DNA of 64,000 nucleotides from Tepidisphaera sp. (GCA_050916045.1 CP051526.1:3936001-4000000); one strand, 5' to 3'; positions 22,472 through 31,607 are shown, numbered from the stretch's first letter. The notes: generated from the letters alone by a model not told the origin. Translations and numbers: made by a program.

Positions 22472-23725
22472 GTGGAGATTGGTGGTCCCAGGCGTCGCCG
22501 GAGACGGCGCGGACGCGGTGGTGGTGGTGGTGGCGGTGGCAACGGCAACGTTCAGAGCCAGCAAGGCTTCTCTACGGAGCAAGGCCAGCACCCCGCGCCC
22601 AACCAGAGCAGCCAAGGCCACCGCCAGGGTGGCCAGCCGAATCAGAACCAGAACAACCAGCGCCAGCCGTACAAGCTTGGCTCGGCCCTCCCGCCGCTTC
22701 CCGCCGGGCTCAAGCCCTGGGACCAGCTCACGGTCATCGACCCTCAGCCGCGCATCACCCTCGAGTACCCCGGCTGCCCCGCTTCGTGCCGCCTGATCGA
22801 CCTCTTCTGCCCCATTGGACGCGGCCAGCGGGCCCTGATCGTCTCCCCGCCCAAAGCCGGCAAGACCACGCTCCTCAAGGACATCGCCATCTCGGTGCTC
22901 CGCAATCACCCGGCGATCGAGCTCGTCGTCCTCCTGATCGATGAACGGCCGGAAGAGGTCACCGACTTTCGGCGCACGCTCGCGGCGTACGAAGAACGCC
23001 TCGCCGCCGATGTCGCGTGGGGGCAAGCCGCCGCCAAGGACATGGGCCTCCATCATGACCAGACGGGCACCGGGCAGGCCGCCGCGGGCCACAGCATGAT
23101 GGGCGGCTTCGGCGTCCAGATCGTCTCCCCGCGATGCAAGATCATCGCCAGCAGCAACGACCACGGCACCGACAAGCACGTCGAGGTCGCTCTCAAGGCC
23201 GCCGAATACGGCAAACGCCAGGTCGAACTCGGCAAGCACGTCGTCATCCTGCTTGATTCGCTCACGCGCCTTGGCCGCGCCTTCAACCAAAGCCGCAAGC
23301 ACGCCAACTCCGGCCGCATCATGACCGGCGGCCTCGACAGCAAAGCCCTCGAAGTCCCGCGGCAGATCTTCGGATCCGCTCGCAACACCGAGGAAGCCGG
23401 CAGCCTCACGATCATCGCGAGCTGCCTGGTCGACACCGGATCGGCGGCCGATCAGATCATCTTCGAGGAGTTCAAGGGTTCGGGAAACATGGAGCTCATC
23501 CTCGATCGCAAGATCGCGGAGCGCAGGCTCTTCCCCGCGATCAACCTCGCCGAAAGCGGAACGCGCAAGGAAGAGAAGATGATGAGCGAGTCGGAAGTCA
23601 AGACGATGACCGCCCTCCGCCGTCGCTTGCTCCAGATGCCCCCGCCCGTGCAGGTCGAACAGCTACTCGCGGCGATGGGTCGGTTCCCGACCAACGCGGC
23701 GCTCGTCGGCGGCGCGAGCGCCTGA
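22472..23725 (+). CDS. rho: Transcription termination factor Rho homologue: ATPase domain with low-complexity N-terminus
   Basis: PIGRGQRALIVSPPKAGKT, LLIDERPEEVTD, LDSLTRLGRAFN, GSLTIIA, IFEEFKGSGNME, FPAINLAESGTRKEE; AAGGAGG before GTG 22472. Confidence 0.93.
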   Translation: MEIGGPRRRRRRRGRGGGGGGGGNGNVQSQQGFSTEQGQHPAPNQSSQGHRQGGQPNQNQNNQRQPYKLGSALPPLPAGLKPWDQLTVIDPQPRITLEYPGCPASCRLIDLFCPIGRGQRALIVSPPKAGKTTLLKDIAISVLRNHPAIELVVLLIDERPEEVTDFRRTLAAYEERLAADVAWGQAAAKDMGLHHDQTGTGQAAAGHSMMGGFGVQIVSPRCKIIASSNDHGTDKHVEVALKAAEYGKRQVELGKHVVILLDSLTRLGRAFNQSRKHANSGRIMTGGLDSKALEVPRQIFGSARNTEEAGSLTIIASCLVDTGSAADQIIFEEFKGSGNMELILDRKIAERRLFPAINLAESGTRKEEKMMSESEVKTMTALRRRLLQMPPPVQVEQLLAAMGRFPTNAALVGGASA

Positions 23726-23755
23726 GAAGCGGCGCTTCGCGTTCGACCAACCTCT

Positions 23756-24805
23756 TCAGATCTTCTTGAGCTTGGTCACGCGGCCCACCTCGACCCATTC
23801 GACGACGAAGATGTTGCCGTCCTTGTCGAAAGCGGCGGAATGCGGGCAGATGAACTTGCCGGGGATGAATTTCTCGCGTGCTTCGCCGCGCAGGTTGCCG
23901 TTGCCGCCGTCGCCGAGGTGAGCCAGCAACTTGTTGCTCTTGTCCAGAAGCGTGACGCGGGCTTCGAGGTCCGGAACCAGCAGCACGTCACCGCGGATGT
24001 CGAAATGGCACGGCAGGCGAAGCTCATCGGTCACGAAACCGAGGTGGCGGCCATCCAAGCTGAAGCTCTGGAGGCGACGGTTGGACCGGTCGGCGACGAG
24101 CACGGTCGGGGTCCCGCTCCGCGTGTCGATCACGATGCCGTGGGGGCAACTGACCTGCCCGCGCTCCTTGCCGGGGCCGCCGAAGGAGTTCTGGTACTCG
24201 CCCTTGGCGTTGTACCGATGGATCCACGACTTGCCGTATCCGTCCGCGACATAGACATCGCCCCCGGGGCCCCATGAGCCCGCCGGAACGACCGCGACGT
24301 TCGTCGGCTTGTACTCGCCCTTGTTCGCGTAGCAGCCCGAGGCTTCGGGCCAGGCAAAGTCGAGGATGAGCTTGCCGTCAAGATCGGTCTTCTGGACGAC
24401 GCCACGGTTGCAGTCAGCAAGCCAGAGAGCCTGGCTTTCCTTCTCCTTGGCGATCGAGAGGCCGTGGGCTCCGCCTTTGTACTCCGGAGCCCAAGACCGG
24501 ATGAACTTGCCCTCGGGGTCGAAGACGCACATGGCGTCTGGGGTCTGGCTGGAAGAATGCACCGTGTGTTTGATGTGGCAGCGGCCCTGGGCATCGAAAG
24601 CGACACCGTGACAGTTGCCAAACGCGTGGGTCTTGGGCAGGACGGCCCAGTCATGGATGCACTCGTAGGTGTGCTCACCGGACCCGACGAGGACCGGGCC
24701 CAAGCCGGACTTGTTGGAAGCCCGGGCGGCCGGGGCTTTCCCCAAGAGAGCGACGGCCGCGGCGGTGCCGGCGGACTGGACGAAATGGCGGCGAGAAATG
24801 GACAT
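23756..24805 (-). CDS. Tat-exported NHL-repeat beta-propeller protein (peptidyl-alpha-hydroxyglycine lyase-like)
   Basis: SRRHFV Tat motif; YVADGYG, CPHGI, VADRSNRRLQ, CPHSAAFD; GGAGG before ATG 24805. Confidence 0.85.
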   Translation of the reverse strand: MSISRRHFVQSAGTAAAVALLGKAPAARASNKSGLGPVLVGSGEHTYECIHDWAVLPKTHAFGNCHGVAFDAQGRCHIKHTVHSSSQTPDAMCVFDPEGKFIRSWAPEYKGGAHGLSIAKEKESQALWLADCNRGVVQKTDLDGKLILDFAWPEASGCYANKGEYKPTNVAVVPAGSWGPGGDVYVADGYGKSWIHRYNAKGEYQNSFGGPGKERGQVSCPHGIVIDTRSGTPTVLVADRSNRRLQSFSLDGRHLGFVTDELRLPCHFDIRGDVLLVPDLEARVTLLDKSNKLLAHLGDGGNGNLRGEAREKFIPGKFICPHSAAFDKDGNIFVVEWVEVGRVTKLKKI

Positions 24806-25355
24806 GGCGCGATCCTCCGGCCCCGAACCCCGCGTGTCTTTATACCTCAAGGCGAGCCGCGCCGCTCGGCCCGGGCACGGGCGGGGAGTTTTTCTCGATG
24901 CGCCGGGAACCGAGAGTCCCAAACGCCCGAACCGAAAGGAACTCCGTCTGTTTCTGCACGGAGCGTCGGGGTCCGGCGACATTTGCTCGCTTGCCTAAAC
25001 CGTCCTTATTGATTTGATCCGCGCGACGGATCGTCGAGGGACCCTGAACACAATCTGGTCGATGTCGGGCTGCGAATCCGCGGCGCGGTTTGGCCGCGCT
25101 CCGGCTCCGGGCGGGGTGGGCCCGCAGGAATCGCAAGCCGGTCTGTACTCCGGCGGTCAAGGCCTCCGGCGCTGTCGGTCGTCCGCGTCTTGCCGGCCGA
25201 CGGTCGCCGTTCCTAACCGTCGGGGCTTGAAGTTTGTGTTCAGATATGCGCCCGGCGCTTTCGCGCTGGCTCCGCCTCGGCGTCCTGCCGGCGGAGTCGG
25301 GCCGCACGGGGTGGGGTCTCCCTCCTTCGGGATGGGCTGCGTTTGGGAGTCGGTC

Positions 25356-25601
25356 ATGAAGCTGTCGGCCAAGCATGCAAAGGTGATGGCGGAAGCCCTG
25401 AAAGCTCTCCGCGCGGGAAACGGGCGCAAGTTCGACGACGTGCTCTGGCTTGGCTTGGGCGATGGATGCGCTGAGGCGTACACCGCCCTGACGCGGCACG
25501 GGTACATCGCCAACGAAGCCGACATCGAGCAGGTCCAGTTGACCGACCGCGGCGTGCTCTTTCTCCACAAGCTGACCGAGTCGATCGTGCTGGTGGCGTG
25601 A
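25356..25601 (+). CDS. Small hypothetical protein (81 aa), possible winged helix
   Basis: GGGAG before ATG; codon usage like neighbouring genes; LTRHGYI...VQLTDRG resembles a winged-helix wing. Confidence 0.65.
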   Translation: MKLSAKHAKVMAEALKALRAGNGRKFDDVLWLGLGDGCAEAYTALTRHGYIANEADIEQVQLTDRGVLFLHKLTESIVLVA

Positions 25602-25730
25602 GCCTCCCCATCGAGCGTCGGAAGAAGGGCGGGGGCGGGCCGAAAGGCCCGGTCACATTCTCCCCGGAACCCTCCCGCCCTTCTTCGGTCGCTCGAGCGA
25701 TTCCGACCATCGCCCGTGTAGACTCCGTCC

Positions 25731-26396
25731 ATGTCCACCCTCACCGCCGATGAGATCCGCGTCCTCGGGGTGCTCGTCGAGAAAGCCCTCACGACCCCCG
25801 CTCAGTACCCCCTCAGCCTCAACGCCGTCGCCGTCGGCTGTTCACAGAAGAACAACCGCAATCCGGTCCAGGAATTCACCGAGGACCGGGTCTACGACGC
25901 GCTGGACAAGCTGAAAGCCAAGGGCCTCGTCCGCGAAGCGATGCTGAGCGGAAGCCGGGTCGCCAAGTTCCGGCAGGTGGCTCTCGAAACCCTCAAGGTC
26001 ACGATGACCGAGCTTGTGGTCTTGGCCGAGCTCATGCTTCGGGGCCCGCAAACGGTCGGCGAGATCCGCGGGAACGCTTCGCGGATGCACCCGATTGAGA
26101 GCTTGGAGTCATGCCAAGCGGTGCTGGACGGTTTGATGCGGCGAGGCTCGGACGCGGGCGGCCTGATCGCGGGGCCTCTCGTGAAGGAGGTCGCCCCATC
26201 GCCGGGGTCTCGGGCTCGGCTGTTTGCTCAGCTTCTGTCGCCGGATGCGCATCCCGTTGGAGCCGCACCATTCGACTCAGGTTCGCGAGTTGGTGCGCCC
26301 TCCGCATCCGCAGCCGATCTTGCCGGCATTCTCTCGCGGCTCATCTCGGTTGAGAAAAGGCTTGCACGAATCGAATCAAGACTTGGTTTGAGTTAA
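25731..26396 (+). CDS. DUF480 / YceH family protein
   Basis: EIRVLGVLVEKALTTPAQYPLSLNA, CSQKNNRNPV, LMLRGPQTVGE. Confidence 0.92.
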   Translation: MSTLTADEIRVLGVLVEKALTTPAQYPLSLNAVAVGCSQKNNRNPVQEFTEDRVYDALDKLKAKGLVREAMLSGSRVAKFRQVALETLKVTMTELVVLAELMLRGPQTVGEIRGNASRMHPIESLESCQAVLDGLMRRGSDAGGLIAGPLVKEVAPSPGSRARLFAQLLSPDAHPVGAAPFDSGSRVGAPSASAADLAGILSRLISVEKRLARIESRLGLS

Positions 26397-26965
26397 TCCA
26401 CCGTCACGAGAGGCCTGAGCTTCTCAAGCTTGGACGGGCCGATTCCCGAGACCTTGTCGAGCTCGGAGATGGTGCGGAATTTGCCGTGCTTGGTGCGGTA
26501 CTCGATGATCGCGAGCGCCGTCGCTTTGCCAACGCCCGGGAGCAGATCGAGCTCCTCGGCCGTCGCGGTGTTGAGGTTGATCTTCGTGGTGAGCGTCTTG
26601 GCTTGCCGCGTGTCTTCCGCCGCCGGTTCTGAAGCAGGCTTTTCAGCGGCGGGAGTCACAACGGTGCTCGCGAGAGCGGCCGGGCCCGCGGCAAGCGGCT
26701 CGCCTCCGATCTCGGTCGCGACGGGAACGACGGGCGGCGGCACGTTGACGATGATCGTCGGCGGCAGCGCGGGAGTCGCGACGGGAACGGGTGCCGGCTT
26801 GTCGAGCATGGCGGGCGATGGCGACGGCCAGACGGCCCACGCGAGACCGACTATCGCCGCGCCGCCGAGCACACCCACCGCGGCCCAGACCGCGGGGCTC
26901 TTCCGGGATTGACTCACCATCGGCAGGTCGCCATCATCCATGCTCGGAGCATACTGGATGAACAT
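26393..26965 (-). CDS. comEA: ComEA-family helix-hairpin-helix DNA-binding membrane protein
   Basis: N-terminal TM; Pro-rich linker; KINLNTATAEELDLLPGVG...IIEYR...GKF...LDKVSGIG. Start uncertain (26965, 26941 or 26920). Confidence 0.88.
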   Translation of the reverse strand: MFIQYAPSMDDGDLPMVSQSRKSPAVWAAVGVLGGAAIVGLAWAVWPSPSPAMLDKPAPVPVATPALPPTIIVNVPPPVVPVATEIGGEPLAAGPAALASTVVTPAAEKPASEPAAEDTRQAKTLTTKINLNTATAEELDLLPGVGKATALAIIEYRTKHGKFRTISELDKVSGIGPSKLEKLRPLVTVD

Positions 26966-27035
26966 CCCTCTGCCAAGCGGGCTCAATACAAGTTGCTTTG
27001 GGCCTGCTCGAAAGTGTGCTTTGCGGGATCAAGTT

Positions 27036-27051
27036 GGCACAATATTGTGCC
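27036..27051. promoter_or_regulatory. Perfect 16-bp palindrome GGCACAATATTGTGCC, candidate operator
   Basis: Self-complementary with an AT-rich core; lies in the short gap upstream of comEA. Confidence 0.5.
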
Positions 27052-27057
27052 GTGATC

Positions 27058-28845
27058 TTAGAAGTTCCCGAGGTTCGGGATACCCGAAGCACCCTTGCCG
27101 TCCTTGAGCGCCTGGCGGACCTGCGCCAGACGCACCAGCACGGGCCGGGGCGCTCCATTCGCCGAGCAAAGCCCGCCTGCGGGCATCTCATCCATCGCGC
27201 CGCCCTCGAGGCCGTCCGCGAGCTGCTGCCAGCAGACGGACTGCACGAATGGCTTGGACGCGATGATCGCCATCGCCTGGCTGGTCCAGTCCGCTTGCAC
27301 TTCCGGCGACCACTCGTACCGCCACGACCCGCCGTCGAACGCATCGAGGCCCTCGGCGCCGTCGGCGCCCTCGGTCCGGGCGATCGCGGGGATCGCCGAC
27401 GCAGGCACGCCGAGCGCCGTCACCGCGACCGGACGGTTGAACGCCGCGTACCGATCGAGCATCGCCGACAAGCTCATCAGGTCGCGCGTCGAGCGGCCCG
27501 AGCCCGGCTGTCCCATCGCGACGCGCACGCCGAGCGTGTCGAAGTTCAGCCCGACCTGCATCAGCGCATCAGCATACAGAAGCGGCGGCAGAGAACGCTT
27601 CCGAGTCGTGTGATACTCGCCCCAGGGCTCATCGATCGCGATCTGGATACGGGCCTGCGGCTGAAGCTTGCGCACGACCGCCACGCCGACGCGGGTGAGG
27701 TCGATGATCTGGTCGATCGAGAGCTTGAGATCGCCGTTGACGTGCAAGCCTGCGGCGACGGTCCATCGACCGACGGTGCGGCGGTACCGCGTCACGACGG
27801 CCTGGATGTGCTCGACGACCAAGTCGCGGAGCGTCTCGTAGTCGTTCTCCCAGATGTAGAGCCATTCGGGGATGCAGCGAGCGCGGAAATCAAGAAGTGG
27901 GCCGCCGACGATGGGCATCTTCGCCGTGCGCACGGCCCATTCGATCCAGCGGTCCGTGCCGGCGTAGGAGTATTTCCCTTCGCTTGGCTCCATCTCGTTC
28001 CACCGCATCGGGATGGAGATGAAGTCGGCGCAGGCGTGGGCGGCTTTGCACAGGCCCTCGGAGAACTGGGCGGAATCAACCGTGACGCCGACGCTGGGGA
28101 TGCCGGGCAGCGAGACGCCGTTCCAGCCGGCGATGGCGATCGCGGCGCCCGGGCTTGGCGTCTCGCCGGTCATCTTGGTGTAGGTCTTGACGGCGGCGGT
28201 GTAGTGCGAGCCATTCAGCCGCTCGGGGAGCTGCCGCTCGGCGTCAACGATCGCGAGACGCTCGCCCGCATCAATCACGAGCGCCAGTGCCTGCATCGCC
28301 ACCTGCGAAGCCCAGGCCCGCGGGTCGGGGTGGTCCGCGCCCGGGTGGGCTTTGCGAGAAGCGACCAGAGCCGCCGTGAACGCCTGACGGGCGAGCTCAA
28401 AGTGCCTCAGAACGCCCTCGGCCGACTGGTGATCGAACAACCCCCACTCTTCCAGCTTGTTGAGGAAGAGCATGATCTGGCGGCGGGCCAGTTCGAGCGT
28501 GAGGATGTACGGCTCTTCGCGGCGAGGGAGGAGCGAGGTCTGAACCGTGAGGAGGCCGAGCTCACCCAGATTCGCGCCCGGCTTGCGGAACGTCGGCGGG
28601 AGCCCGCCGGCTTTGGCGACATCGACCCCGGCCAGTGCGAGCACCGAAGCGTCGGGCGCGGGGATGTTGAGCTGGACGCAAAGCCCGGTCGAGTCCGTGC
28701 CCGGCCGGTCGAGCGTCAGGATGCCCTCCGCCGCCGTGATCGTCGCTTGCACCGGAAGCTCGTCGGGCCCGAACGCGTGCGCATGCCGGAGCATGAACCC
28801 CTGTGCGGGTTTGCCTTGGGAGTCATAGACGGCGAAACGAAGCAT
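27058..28845 (-). CDS. GH10 (endo-xylanase)-like TIM-barrel protein, apparently non-catalytic
   Basis: MRWNEMEPSEGKY, GGPLL, PEWL, HIQAVVTRY; no signal peptide; start MLRFAVYD at 28845. The upstream part of the 967-aa ORF is antisense to purC. Confidence 0.8.
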   Translation of the reverse strand: MLRFAVYDSQGKPAQGFMLRHAHAFGPDELPVQATITAAEGILTLDRPGTDSTGLCVQLNIPAPDASVLALAGVDVAKAGGLPPTFRKPGANLGELGLLTVQTSLLPRREEPYILTLELARRQIMLFLNKLEEWGLFDHQSAEGVLRHFELARQAFTAALVASRKAHPGADHPDPRAWASQVAMQALALVIDAGERLAIVDAERQLPERLNGSHYTAAVKTYTKMTGETPSPGAAIAIAGWNGVSLPGIPSVGVTVDSAQFSEGLCKAAHACADFISIPMRWNEMEPSEGKYSYAGTDRWIEWAVRTAKMPIVGGPLLDFRARCIPEWLYIWENDYETLRDLVVEHIQAVVTRYRRTVGRWTVAAGLHVNGDLKLSIDQIIDLTRVGVAVVRKLQPQARIQIAIDEPWGEYHTTRKRSLPPLLYADALMQVGLNFDTLGVRVAMGQPGSGRSTRDLMSLSAMLDRYAAFNRPVAVTALGVPASAIPAIARTEGADGAEGLDAFDGGSWRYEWSPEVQADWTSQAMAIIASKPFVQSVCWQQLADGLEGGAMDEMPAGGLCSANGAPRPVLVRLAQVRQALKDGKGASGIPNLGNF

Positions 28846-29049
28846 CGTGGACGGAGTCTCCCGGGCCGACGGGCCGGAGGGTGAAGAAGCAGAATCGCGC
28901 CCGGCAGGGACTGACGACGCCGGTCGGTATTGTCCCCTCCCCAACCCCCGGGGCCAACCCCCCCGGCGGAATCCCTCCCAAGCCCCGACTCTGGCGGATC
29001 GGACCCTCCGGACGGGCCTTGGGCCGAGCCCGCGCGGGTATGCTTGCCG

Positions 29050-29997
29050 ATGACCCAGATTTCCCCCGCCGCCCGACCGGTGATGTCCACGAATCTCTCG
29101 CTCCCGCTGGTCCGCCGAGGCAAAGTGCGCGATGTGTACTCCCTGGGAACGGACAAGCTGCTGATCGTGGCTTCCGACCGGATTTCCGCGTTCGACGTGG
29201 TGATGCCCACCCCGATCGCCGGCAAGGGGGCCCTGCTGAACGCCATGGCGGTCTTCTGGCTCAGATTCGTGGAGAAGCTCGGGATCTGCACGACGCACCT
29301 CCTCTCGACGAGCGCGGCGGACGTCCCGGCGAGCGCCTTCATCCCCGGGGGGACCACCCGCGCGGACCTCGAGGGCCGCGTCATGATCGGGAAAGCCTGC
29401 CGCGTCATCCCCATCGAGTGCGTCGTCCGCGGCTACCTCGAGGGCTCGGGGTGGAAGGAATACCAGGCGACCAGCTCGGTCTGCGGCGTCCCCCTCCCCA
29501 AGGGCCTTCGGCAGTGCGACAAGCTCCCCGCCCCGATCTTCACCCCCGCGACCAAGGAGGAGCAGGGCAAGCACGACGAGAACATCAGCTTCGAGCGGGC
29601 GGCCCAGCTCGTGGGCGAGCCTCTCATGGCCCGCCTGCGGGCGATGAGCCTCGCGATCTACCAGGCCGCTTCGGACCACGCCCGGGCCCGGGGGATCATC
29701 ATCGCGGACACCAAGTTCGAGTTCGGGATTCCGCTTGACGGCCCCGACCCGATCCTGATCGACGAAGCCCTGACGCCCGACAGCTCCCGCTTCTGGCCCG
29801 CCGACACCTACGCCCCGGGCCGGGCCCAGAAGAGCTACGACAAGCAGTTCCTGCGCGAGTACCTCGAGACGCTGGTCGTGTCGGGCGCGTGGAACAAGCA
29901 GGCCCCGGGGCCGGAGCTTCCGCCGGAGATCGTCCGCGGCACCTTCACCAAATATGAACACGCCCTCACGCTTCTGACAAGCCCCAACCCGACCTGA
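29050..29997 (+). CDS. purC: SAICAR synthetase
   Basis: RGKVRDVY, SDRISAFD, PIECVVRGYL, IFTPATK, IADTKFEFG, DEALTPDSSRFW, SYDKQFLR. Confidence 0.97.
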   Translation: MTQISPAARPVMSTNLSLPLVRRGKVRDVYSLGTDKLLIVASDRISAFDVVMPTPIAGKGALLNAMAVFWLRFVEKLGICTTHLLSTSAADVPASAFIPGGTTRADLEGRVMIGKACRVIPIECVVRGYLEGSGWKEYQATSSVCGVPLPKGLRQCDKLPAPIFTPATKEEQGKHDENISFERAAQLVGEPLMARLRAMSLAIYQAASDHARARGIIIADTKFEFGIPLDGPDPILIDEALTPDSSRFWPADTYAPGRAQKSYDKQFLREYLETLVVSGAWNKQAPGPELPPEIVRGTFTKYEHALTLLTSPNPT

Positions 29998-30027
29998 TTC
30001 CTATCGTTGTCAGGAGGGTCCTCCTTG

Positions 30028-30843
30028 ATGACGCATTTCTTTCCTGATCAGGCTGGCGGCGGAAGCGGGAACGGGCCCGATGGTGTGGTGCGCGCTGGCG
30101 GCGGTGTGGGGGGTGGGGGTGGGGGCGGGCACATGCTCGAGCTCGACCGCCGCATCATCCAGCTCAAGCGCCGCCTGATCCGCGAAGCCACGCACGCGAT
30201 CGCGATGCTCGAATCCTCGATCGACGCCCTCTGGACGCTCGACATCGCCGCGGCCAAGAGCGTCCGCGCCGAAGACGACGAGGTCGATCGGGAAGAGGTC
30301 GAGATCGAGCAGGAAGCCTTTGAGATTCTTGCCCTTCGTCACGTCTTCGCCCGCGACTTCCGCCTGGTCGCCTTCATCCTGAAGGTCAACGCCGACGTCG
30401 AGCGGGTCGCGGACCACGCGACCGGCATCGCGAAGATCACGCTCCGCATCGCCAAGGGGATGCCCCCGGGGATGACGCCGGAGTGGCCGACGGCCTTGCG
30501 CGAACTTGGCCAGCGCGTGCCGCTCATGTGCCACGAACTGCTCCGCGCGGTGCTCAACGAGGATGTCGAAGCCGGCCGCCGCGTCGCGGATTCCGACGAG
30601 GTGATCGACCAGCTCGACCGCCGCGTCTTCGAGGAGTCCATCGAGCTGATGAAGGATGAGGGCCGCACCGACAGCGCCCTGACACTGGGCTTGCACGTCG
30701 CCCGCGTCGGCCGCGAGCTCGAACGCGTCGGCGACCTCATGAAGAACATCGCGGAGGACCTGATCTACCTGGGCACGGGCCAGATCGTCCGCCACGCGCC
30801 GAAGACCCCCACCCCCACCCCCACCCCCACTCCGCCGGCTTAG
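30028..30843 (+). CDS. phoU: Phosphate signalling protein PhoU
   Basis: Two PhoU repeats (DDEVD...DVERVADHA; DEVID...ELERVGD); AGGAGG before ATG 30028; alternative ATG at 30133. Confidence 0.92.
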   Translation: MTHFFPDQAGGGSGNGPDGVVRAGGGVGGGGGGGHMLELDRRIIQLKRRLIREATHAIAMLESSIDALWTLDIAAAKSVRAEDDEVDREEVEIEQEAFEILALRHVFARDFRLVAFILKVNADVERVADHATGIAKITLRIAKGMPPGMTPEWPTALRELGQRVPLMCHELLRAVLNEDVEAGRRVADSDEVIDQLDRRVFEESIELMKDEGRTDSALTLGLHVARVGRELERVGDLMKNIAEDLIYLGTGQIVRHAPKTPTPTPTPTPPA

Positions 30844-30924
30844 AAGTCACGGAGTCACACAGTCACAGAGCGAAAGCAGAAAGGCACCGAACTTCGGTGC
30901 CTTTCTTCGTGACTTCGTGACTTC
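30843..30924. repeat. REP-like nested inverted repeat built from AAGTCACG units
   Basis: GAAGTCACGGAGTCAC... pairs with ...GTGACTTCGTGACTTC (one mismatch) and encloses a terminator-like hairpin. Confidence 0.75.
30878..30906. terminator. Probable bidirectional intrinsic terminator between convergent genes
   Basis: AGAAAGGCACCGAA-C-TTCGGTGCCTTTCT perfect inverted repeat with TTTCT ends on both strands. Confidence 0.7.
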
Positions 30925-30929
30925 CTTTC

Positions 30930-31607
30930 TCACGCCGCGATCCGCACCGGGCTTTCTCTTCCATCCGCCACCGTGATCGTCGGCGCGGGCGCGCTGCGCC
31001 GGTTGCCGCGCACGGCGCGAACCGTCACGCTCACACCTTCCACGCGCTTGAGCGGAATCTCGAGGAACGGCTCGGCGGTCGCGCCGAGCAACACGCTCCG
31101 GCCGGTGGTTGTGATCGCGAAAACCTCGAAGTAGACACCCGTCGTGGGCCCGTGGCCGCCGCCTTCCTCGCGCGTGCCTTGGGGCTCCCAGCGCAGCCGC
31201 ACCGATCCGCCGGGGACCAGTTCGGTCGAGCGGCTTGCCCACTCGGGCGCGGGGGGCGCGGGAAGCCTCATCCTCCGCGGCGCGGGCGGGTTGAGCCGGG
31301 CCGCGCCGTAGACATCGCGGTTGCCGGTCCATTCCGCGTGCAGCTTGATCACCCCGACCAGGCTCGCGCCCTTGAAGCGGAGCTTGGCGATCGCGCTATT
31401 GCTCGCGAGCGTCGCGGCTTCGGCGGCCTGCCGCGCAAGCTGAGCGTGGTCCCATGCGGCCCGGGCTTCTTCGAGATGCTCGGCGAGGTCCAGAGCCTGC
31501 TCGGGAGAGATCCCGATCGTCCCCGCCTCCGCCGCCTGCGACCACACCTCGATGCGGCTCTCAAAGAACGTCAGAAGATCCAACCTGCCATCCGGAAGCG
31601 TCTGCAT
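30930..31607 (-). CDS. Hypothetical protein: Ala-rich helical N-domain, Pro-rich linker, Fn3/Ig-like beta C-domain
   Basis: Amphipathic helices (LEEARAAWDHAQLARQAAEAAT); PPAP linker; GSVRLRW...YFEVF...VTVRAVRGNRRS; no signal peptide. Confidence 0.75.
   Translation of the reverse strand: MQTLPDGRLDLLTFFESRIEVWSQAAEAGTIGISPEQALDLAEHLEEARAAWDHAQLARQAAEAATLASNSAIAKLRFKGASLVGVIKLHAEWTGNRDVYGAARLNPPAPRRMRLPAPPAPEWASRSTELVPGGSVRLRWEPQGTREEGGGHGPTTGVYFEVFAITTTGRSVLLGATAEPFLEIPLKRVEGVSVTVRAVRGNRRSAPAPTITVADGRESPVRIAA

Noticed and set aside
28846..29961. N-terminal ~370 aa of the 967-aa minus-strand ORF
   Set aside because: Overlaps purC antisense; the real gene most likely starts at 28845.
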